In this document: piece by piece, positions 32,421 through 44,546 of the stretch
Layout of the letters: each line of letters starts with the position of its first letter
Numbering within the stretch: the first letter of the stretch is position 1
IMG/VR virus record: IMGVR_UViG_2974639878_000001
Location: 164,596-228,595 of that record
Strand: one strand, 5' to 3'
DNA: 64,000 bases
Origin: a virus
Program-made: the position numbers and the translations under genes
Notes under the pieces: generated by a model
What the model was told of the DNA's origin: nothing
What the model saw: the letters and a program-made list of their open reading frames with translations, nothing else
The model's database searches: none

Positions 32421-34258
32421 TTATTGAAGAGATTGATAATATTCATTTACCTCTTGTCTGGTTTTTAAATGAATAATAGGTGTTAAAGTTTTATCTGAAT
32501 GGTAGTAACAGATAACAGCTTGTTGAGCAAAGCGTTGAACTCCTTTAGACATTAAATCTTTTAAATTTTCATGAATAGAAGCTGAATGATTTATAGGAGA
32601 ATATTTTTTAGCTACATCACATTTTTGTGAAATAATACTAGATCCTACCCTATTCGCTGCATTGTATCCTAAAGCATATTGCCAACGAGATTCTGTTAAT
32701 TCTGTAAAAAGTACAACATATCTAGGAATAAATTGCGTTTTAAAATTAGATAATTTTTCCATATTATTAAGAACCTAGAGATTGTTTAAACTCTCGAATT
32801 TGCTCTTTAGTTTCAAGTTTTTTATATTCGTGAAGATTATAAATATCATCAACTTTAGTTACAGAACAAATAATGATTTCTTGAGAAACTAACATTATAT
32901 TCGAACTTAATAAGTTATTAAGATTCTTATGTAAAGAACCTCGATTATTAATAACTTTATAAGTTTGCATTACTTGATCTTCAGGATCAATATAACATCG
33001 TCCTGTAGAATGTGATGCATTAAACCCTAAGCCTACTTGCCAACGAGGATATCTTTCTTCTCTAAAGAGTACAACATATTCTCCAGTATCAATTTGATTT
33101 AAACTTTTTGTAAAACTATTTAACTTTTTCATAATAGTCTATCCAAGGCTGAAGATGTTCTAAGTCATGTTGTCGAATAAATGCAACGATATTATGAGAA
33201 GTTAAACTAGTTAGTGATCTAATTTCTGATAAATCAGGAGATAATTCAATAATAGTTTTTGACCAAGATATAGGAAGACTAGTAGGTAAAAGAGTTTTCA
33301 AATCTTTATGAACAGAAACTGTATTATTTATCAAGTCATGCATAATTCTATAATCATTTAACACTTCACTTTCTGTATAAACTTTAACGTGTCTACTTCG
33401 TTCAGTTGCGTTTAATCCACTAGCAAACATATCACTAATGACTAATGCAAATACAGAATCAAATTGAAATCGATTTTGTACATAACTTTTAAATTTAATT
33501 AGCTGTTGTTGACTCGCCACTCTTCAGCCTCTTGTATATTTTTGAAATGAAGAATTTCATGTACTACAGGTTCACCTTTATAATAACGATATACTTTAAT
33601 TTCTTTAAAATAGTTATCTTCTACAATTTCTTCAGAAATTAAAGTTAGAAGATTATCATGAACAGAAGCTTGAGTATTTTGACTATCACATGCTTTATGT
33701 AATTCTGGGAACATGTCTTCAACATCTATATATGTAAGTCGATTATCAGATGTTACACCATCTCCATATTCCCAATAGCAAACTTCATAATCTGTTTCAT
33801 CGTCATAATGATTTTCATCAAATCTGAACAGCATGAAATAAAGAGGATCACCTTTTAAGGCAGGGTTAAAATTATCTAATCGTTTCACGTTTAATCTTAA
33901 TTCCTAAATTTTTTTCAAGATCTTCTAATTTAGGATTGGTAAAAGACCAATACAATTTTAAATCAGAAGGAGTTAACTCAGTATCAGATGTAGTCTCAAT
34001 AAGAACTTCATATATTTTAATACTTTGAACATTTCCTTGATTAAATACTTCTTGAGTTACAGCATTAAATTGAAAAGCAGTTTGAAAATCTTCAAATACA
34101 GTTACAGATGAAGATATTTGTCTGCTAAACATTCCTTCTATATAAGCTTCAAAACCTTCTTTAAGAGAGCTACGTAGAAATACATCTAGAATGTTATGAG
34201 AATCTAAAGAAACAACATATTGACTTCTTTTAGAAAATTTATTTAATTTAGCCATCAT
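32421..34258 (-). repeat. Second paralog family, block 2 (five genes of 113-134 aa)
   Basis: MEKLSNFK, MKKLNSF, QLIKFK, MKRLDNF, AKLNKF; G.NA..R and S[IVL]HxNLxxLL motifs. Confidence 0.75.
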
Positions 34259-35018
34259 GTTCTCTTTGATAATTATCCAAAGTTTTTGTCAAACTATTGA
34301 ATATAACTCGAAGAGAAAATTCATGATCTGTATTTTCTACAATATGTTTAATCTGATCTAAAAGGTTAATGCAACCTTTCTTACGTTTTTCTACTTTACA
34401 AGGTTGTTGCTGTGATAAGTAATCAATCAATCGTTCTAAACTTCGTTTAACACAAGATACATTGTTTGTATAGATGTAATCACCTTCAATCATTGTATCG
34501 TTATAAGAAGTTGGTAATCGAATTTCTCCTATACAACCATTTTTAATATGTTCTTCAGTAATATATTTAAAATAATTAGATGGAAGAGGAATACGGAAAA
34601 GATGCTGTTTAACTTCAGAAGAACAGATCATATCTTGAGAATGTTCATTGAAATAACGTCTATAAGTTGAAAAATCATCAGCTTTATATGTTGGAAAATT
34701 TGCATCAACTAAAGCGTCATCTTTAGGTAAGTCTACATAACAACTTGCATATGAATAAGCTGCTGCTTTACTAACAGCATTCTTACTACATTTAATTGAT
34801 TTAATCTCTTCTTTAGAGAAAACAAATCTACTAGAAGTTTTAATTACCTTTCCATTTACTAATGTAATTTCAATTTCTTTTCGATTACGATTATGAACAA
34901 TAGAAAAAGTAGTATTTAAATATGGAATAACTACTACATAATCTTTATTACTCTTCTCGTCTGGAATAAGAGTGCTATTCATATTTACAAAATTAATAGC
35001 AAATATTTTTTCAATCAT
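34248..35018 (-). CDS. Hypothetical protein (likely start MIEKIF)
   Basis: The listed upstream extension overlaps the next gene. Confidence 0.55.
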   Translation of the reverse strand: MIEKIFAINFVNMNSTLIPDEKSNKDYVVVIPYLNTTFSIVHNRNRKEIEITLVNGKVIKTSSRFVFSKEEIKSIKCSKNAVSKAAAYSYASCYVDLPKDDALVDANFPTYKADDFSTYRRYFNEHSQDMICSSEVKQHLFRIPLPSNYFKYITEEHIKNGCIGEIRLPTSYNDTMIEGDYIYTNNVSCVKRSLERLIDYLSQQQPCKVEKRKKGCINLLDQIKHIVENTDHEFSLRVIFNSLTKTLDNYQREHDG

Positions 35019-35388
35019 AACTACCACCTGATGATCCACTGTCACATGAACTTGATCCTGAATCTCCACCAGAACAAGATGAGTACCCACCACTATAATC
35101 ATAATGACTAGAAGTTGATGGACTACTATGTGAAGGAGAAGTTTCACTTTTAGTAGTCTTTTTATTATTTCTGGTCTTTAGTAATTTATCAACAATTGTG
35201 GGAGGGGAGGAAGTTTTTGAAAGAGATCGAGACAATTTATTATATTTAGAAATAAGATTTTCATAGCTCTCTTTCAAAAGTAAATTTGCAGAATTAGCTT
35301 GAGCAAGTTTTCCATTTAAAGATAAAGCTTTAAAAATTAAAATAATATTAGAGACTAATAAAACTATTAAACAAAAAGTACTAAACAT
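35011..35388 (-). CDS. TM protein with S/G-rich tail
   Basis: N-terminal TM; C-terminal SSCDSGSSGG. Confidence 0.6.
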   Translation of the reverse strand: MFSTFCLIVLLVSNIILIFKALSLNGKLAQANSANLLLKESYENLISKYNKLSRSLSKTSSPPTIVDKLLKTRNNKKTTKSETSPSHSSPSTSSHYDYSGGYSSCSGGDSGSSSCDSGSSGGSYD

Positions 35389-35421
35389 AACAGGATTTTT
35401 CCATAATTGCTACTAACATAA

Positions 35422-35961
35422 TCATTCGAAATTAATTCCTAAACCTACTGCACGTAACATTTCAAATGTGAGTTGAGGATGGGTATGATGAATTGCATGA
35501 CCACCAGCTTCAAGCCATTGTTTAATAGTTCGATCATAATCATCAATTAGTAAAGAGCCAGATTCAGCAAATACTTGTTTCTCCGCACTACCTTTAGCAA
35601 AGTTAACTTTCAACTTACAATCGTAAGCTTTTAACCAACTAAGTTTTTGTCTTTCTAATTCTTCACGATGACTATTATACTTCATAGTTGAAGTTAAGAT
35701 TTCAACTTCTATACCTTGTTTTAACCAATGAGGTACATAAACTAAAAACATTTGTAATCCAAAATTAGTAATTGGAGCAGTTTCAAATAATTTTTGTTCA
35801 ATACATTTATTAATTAAAGGAAAAACAACTTTATTTTTATAACCTAAAACTTTAGCTTTTAAGATTTCAGTTGTTGTTCCTTTACCTAATTGTTCAAACA
35901 TGCCTAGATCATTTACTAGAACACCATCCATATCTAAATAAATTTTTTTAATACTTGACAT
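35422..35961 (-). CDS. HAD 5'(3')-deoxyribonucleotidase (NT5C-like)
   Basis: YLDMDGVL, ILTS, QKLSWL, LLIDD..W.AGG. Confidence 0.85.
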   Translation of the reverse strand: MSSIKKIYLDMDGVLVNDLGMFEQLGKGTTTEILKAKVLGYKNKVVFPLINKCIEQKLFETAPITNFGLQMFLVYVPHWLKQGIEVEILTSTMKYNSHREELERQKLSWLKAYDCKLKVNFAKGSAEKQVFAESGSLLIDDYDRTIKQWLEAGGHAIHHTHPQLTFEMLRAVGLGINFE

Positions 35962-35976
35962 AAATATTCCTAATAC

Positions 35977-36014
35977 AAAAAGAAAAGGAGAAGTCAATTT
36001 TGACTTCTCCTTTT
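35977..36014 (-). terminator. Intrinsic terminator after the tail fibre gene
   Basis: aaaaggagaagtcaa/ttgacttctcctttt with U tract on the - strand. Confidence 0.85.
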
Positions 36015-36022
36015 GTAAAACG

Positions 36023-39000
36023 TTAAGCTATTTTAGCAATAGCTGTAGGGTTAATATAAATCCAATCTGTATAAGATCCATCCCAAGCTGAATTGATTAC
36101 TAAATCATGATCAGTAGGAGATAAGTAACTTACTAGTCTAACATTAGATTCTAAACCACTTCCATAATTTAATTCTACACTACCTAATTTAGCAGGAGTA
36201 TAATCAGAAGTACCTTTATAAATAGGTGAAAGGATTCTAAAAACTGATTGCCCAGCTGTTAATGAGACAGGGAGTTTTAATTTTCCTCTAACCCATAAGT
36301 ACCCATCAAGATTAGCAAACTCTAGTAAGCAATTTTCATAAGTGACTCCTGATTGAGGATCACCGATGTTTACCATACTAATCCACTTTTGAATAGGTTT
36401 ATTAAGAAGAGAATATTTGTAATTCAGATTATTTTGATCCGAAGTTAAAACTTCAACTACATCTCCAGTATTATAAATAGAACCATCTATTTCTAATCCG
36501 TCTACAGTAACATTAATCATGTCACCTGACTTAGCTAACCAAGGTTTAAATGAAGTATCTGTATGCCTAATTTTAGAATAACTATTAAAATTAGATGTAT
36601 CAAAACTTACATTTAAAGTATCTTGTAAACTTAGTTTAGTTTCTGACTGCATATTAGGAGTAAAAGTAAAGAAAATAGATCCATCCCAAGATCCAGTCTT
36701 AGTGACGTTTAATCCATCTGGATATCTATTACTTGTTACAGTAAAAGTATATTCACTTTCAGATATTTTTCTAACAAGGAAACCTAATTGAAGATCAAAT
36801 GAATAAGTGACTCCTGGAATTTCAGAAATTCTAAATTGATTTCTACCATCTACTGAAACAGTTGTACCTCCAATAACAATAGCAAAGCTACCCTGAATAG
36901 CATTAACTGTAAAAGTTGTATAATCTTCTGAAATAGTTAACTTCCTACCATATCGATATGTAGCAGGAGGAGCATATCCATAAATAATTGGTACAGTAAT
37001 ATTTCCAATATCTGATGTTGGTACTAATTTCCATGCATTAGTATTATCATCACTATGGAGTGATGGTAAATAATTGTTATAAGGTTTAAATCCAACATAT
37101 GCTTTAGAATCTAAAGAATTTGATAAAGCTTCTACCTTATTAGTAACAAAAGAAGAAACAGCATTAGAATTAACTGGGTTATATCTAGAAGTATCTAAAT
37201 CGTTTAATGTATAATTGGCTACATTATAGTCTTTATCTCTGTATACAACAAAATCAGATGTATCTTCATCAACAAAAACTATTAAATCATTATCTTCTAA
37301 AATTATCGGATTATTTAATTCAAATTTAGACCAATTAGGAAAACTTCCAATAATCTTATAGTAAGTTTTAAAATTGGCTCCTACTGGTTTCTTAATTCTC
37401 ATAGCTGGTTTAACAGCATATTTAAATGAAGTTGCAGAAATATAAGAATTATTTACTGAGAGATCTTGTAAATTAACATAAAGATTAGCTGGTTTTAAAT
37501 ATCCTAGATAATCTGATAAATCTAAAAATCCTAAAACTTCATTATTAAAATCATAATCAGGAAGGAAGTAAACTTTTCCAACATCTTTATCAAAATAAAG
37601 AGTAACTGTTGGATCAGTGTTTGTTCCTTGATACCAGTTAAACTGAGCAACATCTATTATGTTGTAAAGATTATTAAAAGCAAATTGGATTTTAATCTTT
37701 TTACCACCAAAGTCACCTTCTTCATGTGTAAAAATTAACACTGGACTAGGAAGAGAACTTGGATTATTGATATATATAGTATCTAACGAAGCATCATTTG
37801 ATAAACTTAACACTAAAGGCTTTGTTTCAAGTAATCCTATATTAAGTACTGATTTATTACTAATTGGTTGAGAAGCACATAACCCTTGCATTGGAAGTAT
37901 ATTTGGATTATCCAGAACAGTAGTCGTATCCGTTCCTGAATCATAAGTAGCAGTTGTATAACTTGATACTTGAAATGCATTACCAGTTGTAAAAGACTCT
38001 TGTAAATCACTACTATTAATAGGAATTACTTGTGAAACAACATCAGGAATTTCTGGGTTAGTTGTTGACTGTTCTGGAACTCTATCGATATAAATAAATT
38101 TAGTACCATTATCATAAAATGATATTACACTATTAGCTTTAACTGTTTGAGATAGAATAGTTAAATCAACAGGAACAGTATAGAATACACCATCAACAGA
38201 ATTAATAGTTATTGTACTAGTATTTCTTTTACTCAAATCGAAAGGAATTGTTTGCGCATATAAATTTGCTCCATTCATTACAGCACCAACAGATACAAAA
38301 TATGTATTGTCTGTAAACTGATATTCGAATGTATATGCGTCTGTTGCAACAATTGTATCTTCTAAATAAATAGATAACTTATTATTTTTAATTTCTAAAT
38401 AAATAAATTCATTTGCATAGTTAGGTCGAGAAAAACTATAAACTGGGGCACCAGTAGATAGTTTAACAACACTGACATCAACTGTACCAGTACCTTTACT
38501 TACTGTAATAATCTCATCATAATTAGATGTTGTACCAATTAAAGGAACAATATCAATAGGACTTGTAACTTGAGTCTCACTAAAAACTACTGAAACAGCC
38601 TTTGAAGAAGCTACAAATCCAAATTTAGATGTAAAAGGAATATTAACATTTGGAATATATGTTGCTTCTGGAACACCACCAGTGAGTGTTTTAGAAGTTA
38701 TTACACCTTTATTAAGAGTCCCTTCAAGTAACTGATCATTAGTTCCTAGTATTAAATTTGTTGATTTACCATCTACTGTATATGGTAAAGGTTCTACACC
38801 TACTGAACCACTTCCACCACCAGTTGGAATTTTACTAATTTCCGTAGTTACATAATCGCTAACTGCTTTAACTGTAGGATACTTAGTAGTATCAGCAATG
38901 CTTGTAGAATCAATTATAGTAGCTTTAGAAGCAATCTTTTCTAAAGATGATGTATCTATAGTAACAGAATTTAAATCTTCTTTAGTAGCGTAATCAGAAA

Positions 39001-39830
39001 GAACTGAAGCATCTGCTTTAGTACTAACAATATTCGTCAAGTTTGTAACTTGAGATTGAGTTGTAGTAATAGCTGAAGAATTAGCTGCAATGCTACTATT
39101 TGTTTCTGTTTTAAACTGGTCTAATTCAGAATTTAAAGTATCTAAACTGCTAGTTGTAGAAGTTTTGTGATTAGCTAAATCTGCTTGTACAGTAGACATA
39201 GTTAAATCATTAGAACTTTTATAACTATCTATTTTTCCATTAACAGCAGTTATACTATCTTGTAAAGCACTTAAATTTGTCGTAGTATCATTTTTAAAAT
39301 TATTAAAACTAGAATTAGTAGTTATAATTCTACCTTCAATCGCAGTTACTGAAATAGTAAGATTTTCTATAAGTGCTGTAGAAGATGTTGCTTTTGTATC
39401 AACTGCGGCTACAGAATCTGCAATTACAGAAAGTTCAGTTTCTGTATTAGTTTTAAGTTCATCTAATTCTAATGATACGTCTGTTAATCTATCTCTTGTT
39501 GTTGTAGCAATTGTATTAGTAGAAGTGAGACTACCTTCAGCAATTGTTAATCTATCATCTAAAGCCTCAATCAACGCTTTATTAGTGTCTCCAGTAATAA
39601 TACCTTCAATATCTTCTTTATTCTTTTTAGATTGATAAGCTAATTTAGCAATAGAAGAAATAATAGTATCTTGATCTGTTACAGGAATACTAGTTCCAGG
39701 TATAACTAATCCGTTTTAATTGAGTATTACGAATTTCTTCTCTTGTATATCCAGATGTACTACCAGTAATAGTTACTTCTTGATCAACAGATTCTACTGC
39801 TTGATTAATAATTGAAATTGTATTACTCAT
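36023..39830 (-). CDS. Long tail fibre / receptor-binding protein, 1268 aa, requiring a +1 frame change at CGGA (39710-39713)
   Basis: ATG 39830 is coupled (TAATG) to the upstream gene; 39 codons then CGG..TAG; +1 frame GLVIPGTSIPVTDQDTIISSIAKL runs into the 1183-aa ORF; T/S-rich coiled coil, YPTVKAV motif, beta-rich C-terminus. Confidence 0.85.
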
Positions 39831-40187
39831 TAACGTGTTACCTCTAAGTCTAATGCTAGTGAACCTTGTACTACTCTATATCGATCTCCATTAGGAAATT
39901 CTACTTCTAAGTCATAAACAGCTTGGCAAAAATGAAATGCAGCTGTTTCACTAGCAGTCATTTTTAATTCAATTCGATTATCATCTAAATTAAAATTAAT
40001 TTTTCCATTTTCTGTAGATAACTCTAATAGAATATCTGGATCCCCGATAGATTCACGAATTTGCATAGAAGCTTTACAATCTTGAGTTAAAGGATAATCC
40101 TCTTCAACTCCGCCAATTAAAAGCAGCTTTAAATGTTGAACCTTGGTAAATTACAAAGTTTTTTATTAATGGTTTAATACCTATCAT
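39830..40187 (-). CDS. Phage tail-associated structural protein, 118 aa, requiring a +1 frame change at CGGA (40109-40112)
   Basis: AAGGAG SD and ATG 40187: ...IYQGSTFKAAFNW then CGG AGT TGA; +1 frame GVEEDYPLTQDCKASMQIR..LELSTENG..VYDLE..EVTR completes a familiar tail-protein pattern. Confidence 0.85.
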
Positions 40188-40191
40188 CAAT

Positions 40192-40253
40192 TTCTCCTTG
40201 ATTAAGATATTTTTGGTTGTATGTGAAGGAGATCCAACCAAAGTCTCCTTCAC
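40192..40253 (-). promoter_or_regulatory. Switchable leader structure upstream of the tail genes
   Basis: GTGAAGGAGA/TCTCCTTCAC hairpin; its 3' arm is also complementary to the AAGGAGA SD; its loop TTTGGTTG is complementary to downstream CAACCAAA. Confidence 0.5.
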
Positions 40254-40888
40254 TTATAATTTCATATAACGGTCTCTAGTACCCTTAAATGTTTCTAATT
40301 CTTTTTGTAAATCTTCTTCAACAAGTTTAGCATGTTCAGTTACTTTTTGTAAATAATGATCAATTGCTTCTTGCTCTGTTGCAAAAGCATATATTTCTGC
40401 ATAAGGTGAATAACTGTATAAGTTATTATACCAATTTACTTCCCCATTCTTAGAAACAGGTGAAATAAATTTATCCTTATGGTGTGCAGAAACTGCTATA
40501 GGTTTCCTAACTGTTGTAGCTCTCTTATTTCCTGGTAACCAATTAAAACCAGAGATATAGAAGACATCAGGTAAAAAATTTCTAATAGATGCAATATCAC
40601 TAATTTTAATCATTTAGTTACTAATTCAGCTAAAGACTTAGTAGTATGAGTTATAGAAAACTCTTGTACAATTCCTGTACTTCCAATAAAAGTAAACTTG
40701 AGTCTACCTTTTTTGTTACAAACTTCTAAAGTAGTGGCCTGAACACCTTTAGTAACACTACTTAAGAGGGAAGAATATTTTAATTTATATTCTTTGTCAT
40801 CAATAATAATACTATTTGTATTAGGTTTAGGCGTAATCTCTAAACCATCTATAATTAATTCTTTTAATTTTGTAATTGTGATAAACAT
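40254..40888 (-). CDS. Two hypothetical genes (40254-40613, 40610-40888)
   Basis: Coupled ORFs. Confidence 0.55.
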
Positions 40889-41259
40889 TAAGATCTCATA
40901 AATTTAATAAAATTTTCAATATAACAATTAATATTTTCTTTTCCAATAGGATTCATACTATGAACATACCATGTTAAATCATTAGGTTCTAAACTCATAT
41001 CAACAATAGTATCACATAAATATTTAGCAGCATGATACCCTGTATATTCATTATGAGTATTATCAAAACAAGCTAAATCATGATCAAAAGAAAATACATA
41101 ATCTTTCAAGTCTACAGAAAGATGGCATAACGAATCACACCAATCTTTAAATTCATCATATGTTCGTAGAATAGTAATAGAAGAAAATAACTGATTATAA
41201 TTCAACCATGTTACATCTTCAACAACTCGTTCATCATCTAAAAAAATTAATTTTTTCAC
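40888..41259 (-). CDS. Cyclic-phosphate-processing receiver-like domain protein
   Basis: IFLDDER, SFDHDL, TGY.AA..L, VHSMNPIG. Confidence 0.75.
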   Translation of the reverse strand: MKKLIFLDDERVVEDVTWLNYNQLFSSITILRTYDEFKDWCDSLCHLSVDLKDYVFSFDHDLACFDNTHNEYTGYHAAKYLCDTIVDMSLEPNDLTWYVHSMNPIGKENINCYIENFIKFMRS

Positions 41260-41925
41260 TTAGAATTTCTTTTTAAATAGTCTTCAAAAGTTTCATTATT
41301 AGAATGATTACAACCCCAATAAAAGAAATCTCTACATAATCCACAAAAGATAAAAATATTAAAAACTAAATATGAAGCTGCAATTACTGCTGCGATATTA
41401 ACAGCAAATGTAATTAAACCTCTAATTTCAGCATCTGTTTCATTTGGACGATAGAGAGTAACTTCTTCTCCAACTTCATATTTATAATATGTTTCTTTTG
41501 TTACTGAGATAGGAGCTTGTCTAGGAAATTTAACAGTATATTTAACTCCATAAAGATCCTTAGTCATTTCTTCAATAACACCAGAACCAACTAACTCTTG
41601 TTTGATAGGATGTTCTTTTCCTAAGTATGTATAACAATATGAACAAATACCAATAGAAATAAGAATTAAACAAGATCTTACAAAATAAAGAAAAATCGAT
41701 TGAGATTTAAACTTTCTTATCATACTGGAATATTCCTAATGAAGATTTCTTAATAATTTCAGTATATCCATAAGGGATAGTTGCTGCTAATTGGCCACCA
41801 TTATAAATCTTAAATGGTTCAATACATACTATTCTACAATAGTCTTGTTTAATGTTATGAAGCACCTCTACTTTATACCCGATAGGGTGCTTCATAACTT
41901 TAACTTTAAGAAGCTGCCTTGGCAT
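41256..41925 (-). CDS. Membrane protein (41256-41723) and small hypothetical (41707-41925)
   Basis: Two TM segments; overlapping ORFs. Confidence 0.55.
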
Positions 41926-42322
41926 CTAAGATAGCAAGTTGAGCTTGAAGATCTTCTAAAGATCCTGAAGTTAATGCTTCTTTTTGTTTAGCTTCAATAG
42001 CTTCACGAATAGCAGCACGTTGCTCATCAAGACGTTGACGATCTAATTTAGTTTTGTTTTCAGCCATACGTGTATCAATGATATGTTTTACAATATCAAA
42101 ACGTAATTGATTTAATTTATCTGCTTCAGATTGAACTGAATTATCAACAAAACTAATTTGAGTAGATGCACGTAATTCGCTGTGAAGGTCTACTGCAATA
42201 CTGTTTAAACTAGATCCAGTCTTAGCTGTAAGAGCTAAATCCCACAGTTGTTCAACTGTTAATTCTCCACGAGTAGAAGGGAAACGTAGTTTAAGACGGC
42301 TTGCTTTTTCAAATAAAGACAT
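41906..42322 (-). CDS. Conserved phage protein, partner of the adjacent 670-aa protein
   Basis: MSLFEKASRLKLRFPS.RG.L..E.LWDL.L. Confidence 0.7.
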   Translation of the reverse strand: MSLFEKASRLKLRFPSTRGELTVEQLWDLALTAKTGSSLNSIAVDLHSELRASTQISFVDNSVQSEADKLNQLRFDIVKHIIDTRMAENKTKLDRQRLDEQRAAIREAIEAKQKEALTSGSLEDLQAQLAILDAKAAS

Positions 42323-42332
42323 AGCTTATCCT

Positions 42333-44348
42333 TTAAATAGATACTTGATATACACGTTGGGTTTTACCTGATACACGTACTACAAATTCATTGTTAGTAC
42401 TGTCATTAAATCCAACACCACTTAATTGTTCTTCTGAAGGAGCAACACGTAGTTTACTTCCTAAGACTTCGAAGACTTTACGATGTTTCGTTAATTCTGG
42501 ACGTAAGAATTCGTTAAAGAAACTACGAGGTGTTTCTGGATTCTTACAACCTTCTAACATAAACATATAATGCTTATTACCTTCAGCTTGATCGCCCCAA
42601 TGATTTGGAGAATTCATGACTAAGCTTACAGGAACAAACGTATTTGTATTAATACCCCAAATCTCTTGACCTGGACCATCAGAGCTTTCTAATAATTGAC
42701 AAACTTTTTTAACAGTAAAACCAGTACCATCAAATTCAATATCAAGCATTGTTTCATTTTGATTGAAAGCTTTTTCATATGTGAAGTTTTGTACTACACC
42801 ATCAGCTTCAACTTGTAAAACAAAACCAACATTAGTATTAGAACGTTTAGAGTAATTATTTACAATTACACGATAAACCCCTTTAGTCATACGACGACGA
42901 TCAGGGTAGATAATATTTTCAACTGGCTCTGTATCTGAATGTTTATCCAAACCATTCATATCTAAATCTAATGTACCACCATTACTAGAATGCTTATTTC
43001 GATACCAGATACGTTGACCTGTTGGCTCCTGAATAGATAGATCTAAATCATCAGCATTAAACCAACTCAATGATACTCGAAGATCACCTTCAACTGAGCC
43101 ACCAAATTTCTTAACAGTTTCACGAATTGAATCTGTAATGTCTCCATTGTAAGCCCATGAAAAACCATTATCCCAACGTAATAATGAAGTACGTGGTTGA
43201 ACAGGGGCAATTAAAGAAACAAAGTTTGGTTTCAATTTGTTAGTGACTAACAATTCAACTTTATTAGATGTAGGTAATACATTTGCTAAAAAGTCTTTAA
43301 TTCCAATAGCAATAGCTTTGGTTAAGATTTTAGGATCAAATTTTGAAGAAGCTTCTTGTGTAAGATCATCAAATACATTTAAAGCTTTTTTAGCATTTGC
43401 AGAGAATAATACTTCAGATACATTAATATCTGTTTCTTTAGCAAATCGACGTTGGAGATCATCTTCGAGTCCTAAACTTTTAACTACTTCTTGTGCTTCT
43501 GAAATCATACGAGGTGTGATTACAGCTGAAGTACGTTTGTAGTTAGTAGGAGCAACTTTAGATTCAAATTTAGAAACAGCAGTATCTAAATCAATACCTG
43601 AACTAATATCTTCTACTAATGTTCCAATAACTGTATTACGGAAACGAGCATTAAAATGTTCTGTAGCAACTGTATGCCAAATAAATGCTTCTTTATTAGC
43701 TTCAGGAACAGCTTCATATTTCTTTTTAAGATCTACAAAAGCTTTAACTTGAGAACGGAATTCATTTCCACGATAAATAGAATTACCATCAATTAGCTCA
43801 AGAACTGTCTCAGCAGCATCTAAAGAAAATTCCTTTAATCCACGTTGAATTACTTGATAAGAATTATTGTATTCACCAACAACAGAAGAAAAATCATTTA
43901 CCGAAACAACTAAAGACTTAGGAACTTCAGCGTAAAAATGATTCCAGCTTACATTACGAACTAAGTCTTTAGTTGTAGCTGAACCAATAATAGCTGTTTC
44001 AGAGCGATATACAGCTGCAATAGGAGTATCAAGAACAAATTTATTTAAAGCATTTGCTACAGCTTGATAGTATCCCTCTACTTCTACATTCCAGATAGAT
44101 GTTTTCTTAAATGTACGAGGATCAATTGCAACAACACCACCCATACGACGAATAAAAGACTTACAATTATTACAATCGTATTCACGTCGTTCTTTTAACA
44201 TTGGGTTAGTGCCTTCAGGGAATGCAGATAAATAAGTTTCCCAAAGAACATCTGGATTAATATCAACACGAACAAGCACTAATCCAGCAGCAGTTAAAGT
44301 ACGAATTTGTTGATAGATAGCTTTTTGAAAATTAATAAAGTTACTCAT
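42333..44348 (-). CDS. Large conserved phage protein with YfaP-like domain
   Basis: LWETYL..FP...YDCNNCKSF; GDLRVSLSW...DLDL..EP.G..I...GG.LD.DMN..PVENI. Confidence 0.7.
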   Translation of the reverse strand: MSNFINFQKAIYQQIRTLTAAGLVLVRVDINPDVLWETYLSAFPEGTNPMLKERREYDCNNCKSFIRRMGGVVAIDPRTFKKTSIWNVEVEGYYQAVANALNKFVLDTPIAAVYRSETAIIGSATTKDLVRNVSWNHFYAEVPKSLVVSVNDFSSVVGEYNNSYQVIQRGLKEFSLDAAETVLELIDGNSIYRGNEFRSQVKAFVDLKKKYEAVPEANKEAFIWHTVATEHFNARFRNTVIGTLVEDISSGIDLDTAVSKFESKVAPTNYKRTSAVITPRMISEAQEVVKSLGLEDDLQRRFAKETDINVSEVLFSANAKKALNVFDDLTQEASSKFDPKILTKAIAIGIKDFLANVLPTSNKVELLVTNKLKPNFVSLIAPVQPRTSLLRWDNGFSWAYNGDITDSIRETVKKFGGSVEGDLRVSLSWFNADDLDLSIQEPTGQRIWYRNKHSSNGGTLDLDMNGLDKHSDTEPVENIIYPDRRRMTKGVYRVIVNNYSKRSNTNVGFVLQVEADGVVQNFTYEKAFNQNETMLDIEFDGTGFTVKKVCQLLESSDGPGQEIWGINTNTFVPVSLVMNSPNHWGDQAEGNKHYMFMLEGCKNPETPRSFFNEFLRPELTKHRKVFEVLGSKLRVAPSEEQLSGVGFNDSTNNEFVVRVSGKTQRVYQVSI

Positions 44349-44544
44349 CTTCTTCTCCAAAGATTTCTTTTTGTGATTCTTCAGTTAAACCTGTTTTAAT
44401 GAATTCACGTTCAGTAGGTGTTAAATGAGGGAAAGCATTTTGAATTAATGTACCACTAGCATAAGAATCTAGTTGAGCTTGAGTTACATTTAAATCAAGA
44501 GTATTCAATTTCCCTGTATAAGGATCAACTCGTTGAATTTGCAT
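44341..44544 (-). CDS. Small conserved phage protein
   Basis: LIQNAFPHLTPTEREFIKTG. Confidence 0.65.
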   Translation of the reverse strand: MQIQRVDPYTGKLNTLDLNVTQAQLDSYASGTLIQNAFPHLTPTEREFIKTGLTEESQKEIFGEEDE

Positions 44545-44546
44545 AA

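Noticed and set aside
39690..39720. Homopolymer error (AAAA) as the explanation of the tail-fibre frameshift
   Set aside because: Plausible in isolation, but the other three sites share CGGA and have no comparable run at the shift point; read-level confirmation is still needed.
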